A program made the translations under genes and the position numbers. Of a DNA stretch of 64,000 nt, positions 37,701-49,100 are shown piece after piece. The stretch's first letter is position 1. The number at the start of each line of letters is the position of its first letter. The notes under the pieces are model-generated. The model had not been told where the DNA came from. It searched no databases and saw nothing but the letters and a program-made list of their open reading frames with translations. The stretch is taken from the NCBI GenBank assembly GCA_950097015.1, contig CATNEN010000011.1, positions 2,108,001 through 2,172,000 of the forward strand, in the 5' to 3' direction. Origin of the DNA: Macrostomum hystrix (taxonomy: Eukaryota > Animalia > Platyhelminthes).

Positions 37701-39695
37701 ACCTGAAGGATGTGAAGAATAACCTGAAAGCCACATTAAATTGAGGCGCAGCCGCGGAGAGAAGGCTTGGGGGCTTGTCGTGCAATTTACGCCCTTGAGG
37801 GCCAACCTCCAAGGCACAGTGAGAGTGTACACTGACTGACGATGAGAAAGTCAGGGCAGATGTACACACCTGTGTGAGCGTGCATGCCTGCGTACAGTAT
37901 CTGTGTGCGTGTGTGCTCAGGAGTCAGCGAAATGGGCAGAATTGCCTCCTCGCTGGCTGCGGGTCTAGTGTCACTAAATGATGTCAGCCGCTGCCAGCAG
38001 CCCTCCTGCAATTAATATTATTATTATTATTCTATTGCTAAAACATAATTCGGAATTAAGTGTCATCTTCAAGGACACAAATAGTCTTGCATTGTCTAAG
38101 ATTGGAACTTCAGACCTAGTCTAGAAGCTGCAACTCTGCTCGATAGTTAAAATCAAGATATCTAAGTAGTCTACTATTAGTAGGCAGGCAAGGAAATAGC
38201 ATTGCCTATTTTAGTCGGGTCTAAATATTAAATAAAATACACTGCTTTAAAAGTTATATTTACCGCTAATGGTATTATGGGATTGTATTACTGATGCTAT
38301 ATATCCAGTCACAATGCACTTTAACGGATAAGTCTAGTAAAGCCATAAAATAGTGTTGGTTCTCTCACTAAGATTCTGGCTGCATTAGAAATGAGTAAGT
38401 GGGGGTGTTTGACTTTCATTCTTCTTGTTAGCTTACGCCCCAGTGTAGTTTTCTCATTTCCCAGAATGATGCATGTCTACCGTTGCTGCATTTGCAGTTA
38501 CAGAGAATTGCTTGCCTACTCAGACGGAAAAACACTGGCTTGTTTATTATGACAGAACCAGCTCCGAGCTCCTATAGTTTAAGCTGGTACGGCAGAGTCT
38601 TGTTGCTATTTATAGAAAGCATCGTGGGGAATCCCTCTTTTAAAAGTCACGTGATACTTGACTTTGTGCAGGCGTGTGAAAAAGTTTAATAAGCTTTCGC
38701 ACCAAGGTCCCGCAGCGGAGCCTTATTAACGGCGAGGCAGAGAAAATGTTTGAGGACTTGTGCAATTTTGGAAAAATACACCATTTTACCCTCAATTTTG
38801 AACAACGAAAACTTCAATAGTGACAAACTCCGATTCAAATTCGACAGAATTTACCATAGAGTGTAACTTTTAGCTAGGCTACAATGCCCGAATAAATTGT
38901 ACGAGAACTTCGAGAATCCTCACCGGAGGTCATAATCGGCATGCCGACGGTGGTGGCATTCAGCTTCTTGATGAGCTCCCAGAAGAACGGATGCCTCGGC
39001 CTGCTGTACATGAATGAGTTCTCAATCTGGCCCTCATCAACATAGGCAGCGTCCGTGCTGCTATAGATCATCTTGCCGTCCATGGCGCCGAAGGCTAGAC
39101 TGGTGTTAACTAGCATGTGCTCAAAGTTAGCCAAGCAGTCGCAGTCCAGGTCGCAGTACAAGCCTCCATAATGGTACATGTAGAACAGGCGACTAACGTC
39201 GGCCTTCTGAACTCCGACGCCGTAAGAGTCGAATCGCGGCAGAAACCAGGGATAGTGCTGGGCAATGAGGCGTCTATTGTCAGCGTCTGTCCACAGATTG
39301 TAGCGATAAGTTGGGAAACAGCGACGAAAACTGCCGGCCCAACGAGCGAACAGCGGCGGCAAGTTGTTGTTCATCCAGGACTGGTGGATGAGACGGATCA
39401 CTGGTTGACTGCGAGGGTCCATTGATTTGTCCGGCGGATCATCGAGCAGAGACAGCTGCCCACCGCCAGCTGTTCCTGACGATGATGAAATTGCATTCCT
39501 GTCAACAGCCGGCGACAGAATCCTCGCTGCTGCTGCTGACTTCATAGTCAGGTTCGATTTGGCTTTCAGTTGAACAACTTTTAAAGGTTTGCCGCCGCTG
39601 TGTGATACCGACAGGCGCCATACTAGACCCAGGCACAGGCAGATTATGAGCAGGAATAGAGCCAGACGACGAAAATTTGGAAAAATGTAGTTCAT
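34749..39695 (-). CDS. GT32 (DXD) type II membrane glycosyltransferase, SUR1/Och1-like, about 351 aa. Exons 39695-38924, 35032-34749
   Basis: N-terminal TM anchor; IHQSW, LWTD, HYPWFL, ADVSRLFYMYHYGGLYCDLD motifs; TSG|PY joined across a phase-1 intron; total 1056 nt. A probable 5' UTR intron lies at about 39718-40395. Confidence 0.88.
35060..37729. repeat. 21-bp GAAGGATCTGAAGAATAACCT intronic array with an 840-bp (40-monomer) higher-order duplication
   Basis: Blocks at 36242 and 37082 match, including the rare TTGTAG variant at about 36137 and 36977. Confidence 0.96.
37730..38031 (+). mobile_element. SINE family B, headless, fused to the end of the 21-bp array
   Basis: Begins at GCCACATT just after the tRNA head position; body, hairpin and ATT tail intact. 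Confidence 0.87.
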
Positions 39696-39834
39696 GATTG
39701 ACAAGGCCTAAAGGAACCTGTAGGTGTGTTCGGGTGGTTCATTGTGACACTTCATTATGGTGCATTGTAGTGCGCAGGACATCTCTTACTGACTGTTAGG
39801 AATGGACTATACTTGTGTGCATGCATAAGACTCA

Positions 39835-40210
39835 TGCGTGGACACCTCTACTGAACAATCAGTGGACACCTCTACTGAACAATCGGTGGACACATCAACT
39901 GAACAATTGGTGGACACCTCTACTGAACAATTGGTGGACACCTCTACTGAACAATCGGTGGACACATCTACTGAACAATCGGTGGACACCTCTCCTGAAC
40001 AATCAGTGGACACCTCTTACTAAAAAATCAGTGGACACCTCTACTGAACAATCAGTGGACACCTCTACTGAACAATCAGTGGACACCTCTACTGAAGAAT
40101 CAGTGGACACCTCTACTGAACAATCAGTGGACACCTCTACTGAACAATCGGTGGACACATCAACTGAACAATCGGTGAACACCTCTAGTCGGAAGTCAGT
40201 GGACACTTCT
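39835..40210. repeat. 24-bp GTGGACACCTCTACTGAACAATCA array
   Basis: Direct inspection. Confidence 0.9.
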
Positions 40211-41119
40211 AGGCCAAATGAACAGTAAAAGTGAGATCCTTCCCAGATGTAAATTTGTATGAACTCATCCAAGCAATCATTCACAAAATGCGTACCTAAT
40301 TAATTTTGAGTCCTTGTTTCTCGAATCGTTGCTGGCGAACGAATTATCGCGCGACTCCGCTGACGAAATTTTAATTTCGCTCGCTTATTTCTCACCGTCT
40401 GTCTCCACTTTGTGAGAACAGCTAGCCAGCCCGCTCAGCACACTGTACAGCCAGAAATATAGAGCCCCCGAACAACGCGGAGGCAACAGTTTCTAGCAGC
40501 AGATTCTGGTCAGCTTCAAAATATAACCGGGCTGTGCACTCTGAAAATAAATTTTATATTTCTATTCAAAGCTGAGAGAGCTTGCCTCCCTCCACTCGCA
40601 TTCATTCTCACCACCTCCCCTACCCCTTCTCTCCTACCCTCTTTCGCTCCGGCTGTTTGCTTCCAATGATTGCAGGCAAGTGTCTATTGTTTGAAGCTCT
40701 GCAGCCTGCCCCAAACCCATCACTCAGTTACTCAGCTCTGCGTGTACTGCCCACCCCCCAACCCACCTCTCACTCTGTTGAGCAGTCCGTCTCAACTCAC
40801 TGCGCGGGGTGGGAGCAAAGGATTTGGAAGGGGGGGAGAGAGAGAAAAACTGGTAGCAGAAATTGCACGCGTGGCTATGCATTTTTGTTCTAAGGTGGAG
40901 CTACAAAGTGTACGGCTGAGTTGCAGCCATAGATAATAGAGGCTGCAATTTGGGATAAAGCGAGAGAAACACATGAGAGTGCCGTTCATTGTCTGACAGG
41001 GTGCCTGTTTCAATCGGTGTTAAATTGGTGTTGCATAAGCCCCACCCATTGTGCGTGTGTGCGACATTGTTCTAGCAACTCAATGCATTTCTCGCAAAAA
41101 TGTTTAGATGGTATAGCAG

Positions 41120-41528
41120 AGAGCCAGGTGAGGTTGCGGAGTGCCAGGTGAGGTTGCGGAGTGCCAGGTGAGGTTGCGGAGTGCCAGGTGAGGTAGTGAA
41201 GTGCCAGGTGAGGTAGTAAAGAGCCAGGTGATGTAGTGGAGTGCCAGGTGAGGTAGTGGAGTGCCAGGTGAGGTAGTGGAGTGCCAGGTGAGGTAGGGGA
41301 GTGCCAGGTGATGTAGGGGAGTGCCAGTTGAGGTAGTGGAGTGCCAGGTGAGGTAGGGGAGTGCCAGGTGAGGTAGGGGAGTGCCAGGTGAGGTTGGGGA
41401 GTGCCAGGTGATGTAGGGGAGTGCCATTTGAGGTAGTGGAGTGCCAGGTGAGGTAGTGGAGTGCCAGGTGAGGTACTAGAGAGCCAGGTGATGTAGTGGA
41501 GTGCCAAGTGAGGTAGGGGAGTGCCAGA
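41120..41528. repeat. 20-bp GAGTGCCAGGTGAGGTAGTG array
   Basis: Direct inspection. Confidence 0.92.
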
Positions 41529-41558
41529 CCTTGCTGTAAATAAAAATCGCAGACCTAA

Positions 41559-41870
41559 TAATTAAATAATAATTGATTACACCTGCCCCAATTGGGTCAG
41601 GTGTGCAGCCGACAGCACAGCCGCAGCTAATGCGCGGCGCATCTGAAGGCTGCGTACAGCTGTTCAGTCCATGGACTGGGGGGACGCCACACCCACCTTC
41701 AATTATCCCAGCTGATGCTGGTACCCATTTAACAGCTGGGTGAACTGAAGCAATGCAGAGTTAAGTGTCTTGCTAAAGGACGCAAATTGTTCCAGTGGAG
41801 TCGGGAATCGAACCCCCGACCTTCAAGTCGTGAGTCCGACGCCCTAACCACTAGGCTACAACCTCTCAAG
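41559..41870 (-). mobile_element. SINE family A, full length with 10-bp TSD GCAGACCTAA
   Basis: TSD at 41549-41558 and 41871-41880; tRNA head; 3' stem-loop at 41579-41604. Confidence 0.92.
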
Positions 41871-42587
41871 GCAGACCTAAACAAGTGAATCACCATTAAA
41901 ATCAAATCAGCTTGTTAGTTTGCAAATTTTGCATCATTAATAGTTTATCAATTGTTTTATTTCTGGCGCATTAGCGAAATAGGCGAAGAAATTGAGTGAA
42001 TATTGAAGCAGTGTAACTTACTTTTTAATAACAGAAATGTAGCAAAAATCGGTTATAGTTTTCGATTTGCAACTTCCAAATTAAAAGTACTTCGTGACTT
42101 GATAGAAAAATTAAACAACCAAACAGAATGACAAATTGAAACAATATTTACGAACAAAATAACAATAGAGAAAAAGGCAAGCAGACATTTTAATTTGATC
42201 TTTGGATTTCCAGTCAGGTACAATTTGAAATCGAATGTAAAGACAAAAAGTTAGCGTTGATATTATGTTAACAAATTAAATAGAAATAAAAGTGTATTAA
42301 TTTGAAGCACTGCGCTACAGTCTTACGGTTTGAAAGCATCTAGATGAACGCGGTGGTTGAAAAATGCTTTGGGATAGAATGCAACTAGAGCTGTTTGAGA
42401 ACATCAACTGCATGCTCTAGCAATTATTTGATCTGTCGTGCATTCCGGGATGGCGTTTTCAGCCTCCCGTCTTTTTTTGCGAGTTGCATTCTATCCAGAA
42501 CTGTGCCTAAATTTTACGATGCAGAAGAAAAACACGCGGCTTGTCAAGCAGTTCTGTATAGTTTTCGACAGTTCAATATGTTATTCA

Positions 42588-43092
42588 GTAGTCAGCAGTC
42601 AGCTAGATGTCAGTCAGCAGTCAGCAGTCAGCAGTCAGCAGTCAGCAGTCAGCAGTCAGCAGTCAGCAGTCAGCAGTCAGCAATCAGCAATCAGCAGTCA
42701 GCAGTCAGCAGTCAGCAGTCAGCAATCAGCAGTCAGCAGTCAGCTAGATGTCAGTCAGCAGTCAGCAGTCAGCAGTCAGCAGTCAGCAGTCAGCAGTCAG
42801 TAATCAGCAGTCAGCAGTCAGCAAGATGTCAGTCAGCAGTCAGCAGTCAGCAGTCAGTAATCAGCAGTCAGCAGTCAGCAAGATGTCAGTCAGCAGTCAG
42901 CAGTCAGCAGTCAGCAGTCAGCAGTCAGTAATCAGCAGTCAGCTGTCAGCAAGATGTCAGTCAGCAGTCAGCAGTCAGCAGTCAGCAGTCAGTAATCAGC
43001 AGTCAGCAGTCAGCAAGATGTCAGTCAGCAGTCAGCAGTCAGCAGTCAGCAGTTATCAGTCAGCAGTCAGCAGTCAGCAGTTGGCACTCAGC
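42588..43092. repeat. 7-bp AGTCAGC array directly downstream of the arrestin stop codon
   Basis: Direct inspection. Confidence 0.92.
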
Positions 43093-43101
43093 AGTCGGCA
43101 G

Positions 43102-46100
43102 TTAAATCGCTGTTATCGTGCCGTTCCTGCCGAGGTCCGAGTGGCTGACAGCGAACCTGCCGATCGCTGCAGCCGCAGCTGCCGCAGCCGCTGCAGCCGC
43201 TGCCGCTGTCGAAGTGGAACTCGCCGACTGTGGCACATCGCACGATCTCTGCTTCAACAGACGTCGCCTCTCCGGGCTCATGTCGGCGACGACGCTCGCG
43301 CCGGCATCGTTGGCAGCGGAGGCCAGCAAGGTTTTCCGCTCAGTTTTGTAGTAGGTGTACACCGGGCGCGCTGGCCCAGAAGCCATTTCGAGATCGCCTG
43401 CGTTGTGCTCGATGATGTCGCCAGTGTTGAAGTCGAAGTGGGCGTAGCAGGGAACCACTGACAATGCGATGGTAGTTCGGTTCATGTAGGCAAAGGTGTG
43501 TACATCTGCCCCAGAATAGCTCATTGTCAGGCAGTGTACATCCTCACTGTGCCTTGGGGATCAGCCATTAGAGGCACTAAATTGCACAAACGAAACCCAA
43601 ATATTTAATTTCAATTTGTCAGGATGTCAGGGTGTTACCGTTAGGTAATTTGGCGTCAGGGTTTTTTGGTGTCAGGGTGTCAGGGTGTCAGGGTTTCAGG
43701 GTGTCAGGGTGTCAGGGTGTCAAGGTGTCAGGGTGTCAGGATGTCAAGGTTTCAGGTTGTCAGAGTGTCAGGGTGTCAAGGTGTCAGGGTGTCAGGGTGT
43801 CAGGGTGTCGGTTTCAGGTTGTCAGAGTGTCAGGGTGTCAGGGTGTCAGGGTGTCGGTTTCAGGTTGTCAGAGTGTCAGGGTGACAGGTTGTCAGAGTGT
43901 CAGGGTGTCAGGATGTCAGGGTTTCAGGGTGTCAGGGTGTCCGGGTGTCAGAATGTCAGGACGTCAGGGTGTCATACTCTTAATTTTAGGTTAGTTTTTC
44001 AAGGCAAAAATGTAAAATAATAAATTAAAAGCAATTGTTTTAAGATTGTTTTAATTGTTTTAATTGTTTTAAGCTGAGCTCATGTCCGGTTCTCACCCTG
44101 CTTGTTGTCGATGAATGAGTCTCGCAGAGGAACATTGCCGATGATCACTGGCAGGCTCAGCTCAAGCATTTGAGTCTGCTTGAACACGCCGGAGGCCTCG
44201 ATTTGTACCTTGGAAAAGAGGAGAGTTAAAACGGAAATGGGGAATTTTTACTGGAGATATTGACAAAAAGAACAAAATTAAATCTGATTTTCAGGCCTAA
44301 TTGTAGGCCAAAGATGTTATTTATTTATTTTTTATATAAGTACTAGATAAGCATTTATCGATAGGGGAAATGAGCTGAGATGAGAAGAGACTGTGGTGAG
44401 ATGAGAAGGGACTGGGTGAGATGAAAAGTGACTGGGTGAGATGAGAAGGGACTGTGGTGAGATGAGAAGAAACTGGGGTGAGATGAGAAGAAACTGGGGT
44501 GAGATGAGAAGAAACTGGGGTGAGATGAGAAGAATCTGGGGTGAGATAAGAAGAAACTGGGTGAGATAAGAAGAAACTGGGGTGAGATGAGAAGAAACTG
44601 GGGTGAGATGAGAAGAAATTGGGGTGAGATGAGAAGAGAGTTGTATGACATGGGAGGAGAGTTGTATGAAATAGGAAAAGGCTAGGATGAGATGGAAGAT
44701 GAGACTGTGACAGATACAGGACACGGAAAGAGTATTAGAATAGTCAGACTCGTGGAGACGAGCTGTGGATAATTTGCCAAGAAGGTCAGATCGGCAGATC
44801 CCGAAGGAGTTTCACGTTGGCCATTGCTTAGTAAAAATCTCGCCCCATCTCGACACCCAGGACTGCGGCTGAGGAATCGATTTTCAGCTGCATGCGGCCA
44901 GAAGGAGGCGAGGAGAGGAAAGTGCACCCATGGGAATCGGAGACTAGGCGGTGACCGAGTTAAAATCTTGGCTAGTTCACAGAGTGATGGGAAGAATATA
45001 ACGGAGTCGGGATTCTCAGTCCGATCGCTTGCACCTGGGCAATCGCGTGGGCGGGTCAGGCTGTGGGGCAGAGGAGCATTTTCCATGAACTCTGAAGTTA
45101 TCCAACTTTCCCATTTTTGTTTAATTTATGCTAAGATTCATCATCGCCGGCCTGTGTGACTTGAATTGTTATATTCTTCTGCTGTTTAACCAAAAATCAA
45201 CCCAGCTTTCAGTCTCCTCAAATCTTTAAGGATCATACTTCTCAACTCACTGAATCTCAGCCCACAATCCCCCTGAATGTCAGCCTACTCATCTCCCTGA
45301 ATCTCAACCTACTCATCTACCTGAATCTCAGCCTACTCATCTCCCTGAATCTCAGCCTACTCATCTCTCTGAATCTCAACCTACTCATCTACCTGAATCT
45401 CAGCCTACTCATCTCCCTGAATCTCAGCCTACTCATCTCTCTGAATCTCAGCCTACTCATCTCCCTGAATCTCAGCCTACTCATCTACCTGAATATCAGC
45501 CTACTCATCTACCTGAATCTCAGCCTACTCATCTCTCTGAATCTCAACCTACTCATCTACCTGAATCTCAGCCTACTCATCTCCCTGAATCTCAGCCTAC
45601 TCATCTCTCTGAATCTCAGCCTACTCATCTCCCTGAATCTCAGCCTACTCATCTACCTGAATCTCAGCCTACTCATCTCCCTGAATCTCAGCCTACTCAT
45701 CTCTCTGAATCTCAGCCTACTCATCTACCTGAATCTCAGCCTACTCATCTCCCTGAATCTTAACCTACTCATCTCTCTGAATCTCAGCCTACTCATCTAC
45801 CTGAATCTCAGCCTACTCATCTCCCTGAATCTCTGCCTACTCATCTCCCTGAATCTCAGCCTACTCATCTCCCTAAATCTCAACTTACTTATCTCTCTGA
45901 ATGTCACCCTACTCATCTCCCTGAATCTCAGCCTACTCATCTACCTGAATCTCAGCCTACTCATCTCCCTGAATCTCAACCTACTCATCTCCCTGAATCT
46001 CACCTAACTTATCTCCCTATATCTCACCCTACTAATCGAATTTTATCTCATCTCTCTATCTTTTAAATCTCATCCCTTTAATCCCTCATTAATCCATCGT

Positions 46101-49100
46101 TCCTCTCATCTCACAGCCCCAATGAGACTAGTCCCTGAGATTAGTAGGCGCGAGTCTCTACTAGCATCCGCAGCCAGCCAGAATCCCTCCTTCATTTCCC
46201 ATTTTCCTAACCCTAGCCTGAGCCTAATTTCCAGCAGCATCTGATATGCAAATCCCTAAATATTTCGACCAGATTTCCGCATTCAACAGTGAAAGCTAAG
46301 AAAGGATTTTATAGTGTTCTGGTAATTTCTTCACGAATGAAAAGATGTTTTTTTAAACAAAACATGGCTTCACTGCCTGATAAAAAAACGAACAAAATTT
46401 TATTTTATTTTACTCTCTCAAGGCCCGATAGAAGAAGAAAGATGGGACACTTGCGTTTCTTGGAAAATTTATTAAAGGCGTTTCTTGTCACGAAAAAATG
46501 CACTTGTGAGATAGGAGCTTTTCAAGTTTTTCAAATTAAAATGTTGATAACCTTTTATTGAAAGCATATCCAATGCTGTTCTCTTTTAATATATCTTGCA
46601 AAACATGTTGCTTCACCGAATTTTAGAAAGCTTCAAAACAATTTTCTTTAATACAATTTCCAAGAAACGAAGTGTCACGTCCTTCTTCTTCTAGTCGTCC
46701 TTGCTTCTGCTTTTACTGAATTGAGACTTTTATCGAGTTTGAGAAATTGCTCACTTTATTTGTACGGCCTATTAACTTCGACTTCAATAGTTCATCGTTC
46801 TACAAAGCTAGCTTTGCACTTCTGACTAAGCGGTCAAGAGTTTGGAAGGCTGAGATGCCCAATTAGGAAAGGTAGCAATTAGGCAATTAGGCTATTTCTC
46901 ACGGTAACTATTGTATTTTAAGCCAGGCCCACAATTCTCACCTGCACCAGGTACTCAATGTCGATGATCTCGCAATGCGGCATACCGGTCGGCGGCAGCG
47001 GCGGTATGTGAATGACGTCATGATAATAGCCTGACGCTCCTGGCTTGACCCGCTGCCCGGAGATGCTGAAGATGAGGGCGGAGGCCACTTTGCGATGACA
47101 GCCGGCGGATAGGAACACTCTCTGCTGAAAGGTGATATGCGTGCTCTTCACGCAGGATGAGGAACTGTTGAACAGGTGGACGCTGATGTCCATGGTCTCG
47201 CCGGGCACGTAGCCAGTTTTAGATAGCGACAACTCGCAAATAATGCGGCCCTTGCTGATGCAGCAGCAGGCCAGCGCGATCTCCTTCTTCAGACAGACCC
47301 TGTCCTGGATTGACAGGCGGATTTGCGGTTCAATTAACTATTTACCAAGTTCCATTTTCATCCCAACTAAACACTCGTTTAGGAAGGGGTGAGTGGCAGA
47401 ATCTCGTTTGCCTCTCGCACCAAGGTCCCGGAGATCGTCGAGGCCACATTTGATTTGAATACCTTTGAGCCACAGTGGGAGTGTACATTGCCTGACGATG
47501 AGAAAGTCAGGGCAAATGTACACACCTGTGTGAGTGCATGCCTGCGTAGGGTATCTGTGTGCGTGTGTGCTCAGGAGTCAGCAAAACGGGGCAGAATTGC
47601 CACCAAATTATGTGCCATTGCCCGCAGTCCTCCTGCAATCGTTCTTATTATTAACCCATAGTTTGGTTTTGTGCTCACAATGAGATGCCGGTGCACATTC
47701 AGGTCGTAGTAATTAATGACCAGAATTGGTCTCTCCCGACTGTGACTCGCCGTTCGTCTGGAATTCTCGACCTCCGCTTTGACACTGAAAGACACCCGGG
47801 CTTTGATTCGGCCAGTCTCTGAGTAGTACTCAAACGACGAGGGCAGCCGCTCTGGCAGCTGGAACTGGAACGGGAACTGATGAAAACCGGTGCTTATCAC
47901 GAAGCCGGGCGACTCCGAGTTGTCATCGAATTCTGCGGATTGGGTAGCGAAGGTATTGATGAGGTTCTTGAAGTATTGGGAATAATAGTTGATTTTGCAA
48001 ACGCTAAATAAATTACAAAATGACAGTGAAATAGATATATTCGAAAATAGTTACATTGTTATCTAAGACGCTGGTATTGTCCCTTTGTGATCTTATTCGT
48101 TTGTCACTTTGTGGTCTTAGACGTTTGTCACTTTGTGGTCTTAGACGTTTGTCACTTTGTGGTCTTAGACGTTTGTCACTTTGTGGTCCTAGACGTTTGT
48201 CACTTTGTGGTCTTAGACGTTTGTCACTTTGTGGTCCTAGACGTTTGTCACTTTGTGGTCTTAGACGTTTGTCACTTTGTGGTCCTAGACGTTTGTCACT
48301 TTGTGGTCCTAGACGTTTGTCACTTTGTGGTCTTAGACGTTTGTCACTTTGTGGTCTTAGACGTTTGTCACTTTGTGGTCTTAGACGTTTGTCACTTTGT
48401 GGTCTTAGACGTTTGTAACTTTGTGGGTGGTCTTGGACGTTTGTAACTTTGTGGGTGGTCTTGGACATTTGTCACTTTGTGGTCTTAGACGTTTGTCACT
48501 TTGTGGTCTTAGACGTTTGTCACTTTGTGGTCTTAGACGTTTGTCACTTTGTGGTCTTAGACGTTTGTCACTTTGTGGTCTTAGACGTTTGTCACTTTGT
48601 GGTCTTAGACGTTTGTCACTTTGTGGTCTTAGACGTTTGTCACTTTGTGGTCTTAGACGTTTGTCACTTTGCGATCCACGAGGCTTGTCCCTTCTTGATT
48701 TCAGAGGCTTGTCACTGCTACCTGATCCACTGTTATCTGCAATTGCGGTCCCGTTATATACCATACAGGGGATCTATTCATGGTAGTTTTTTTATTAGTA
48801 TTTCTTTTTTCCATTTCTTTTTTTAATTCTTTCCCCCAAAGAGCCACAACAACTTTTCCCAGCAAACTAAGAGTGGGCAGCATTTATCGAAGCTACGTTC
48901 TTGAAGTCCTTTCATTGATCATTACTCGGGGGAGTTTCGTTCGCCAAACCAGCCAAGAGAGTTCACAAGAAATCAATTGCCTCTCAAGGAGGCAGCCAGG
49001 CGACAGGAAATAGGATGATGAAGAAGACGATGGAAGAAAAACAGCAGGATGAGAGCTGGAGAAATTTCTGCCAGCCCTTTTAAACGACCCCAAATGACGC

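Noticed and set aside
34891-37869. 992-aa ORF as a real gene
   Set aside because: It starts in an antisense SINE, runs through the 21-bp array and ends out of frame in the glycosyltransferase exon.
41790-41866. Functional tRNA genes at SINE heads (also about 16150-16221, 17200-17276, 60262-60330)
   Set aside because: Acceptor stems are incomplete and each continues into a shared SINE body and tail.
47933-48003. Longer arrestin exon from the AG at 48004
   Set aside because: Phase 2 does not match the phase-1 donor at 50261; the acceptor at 47933 fits.
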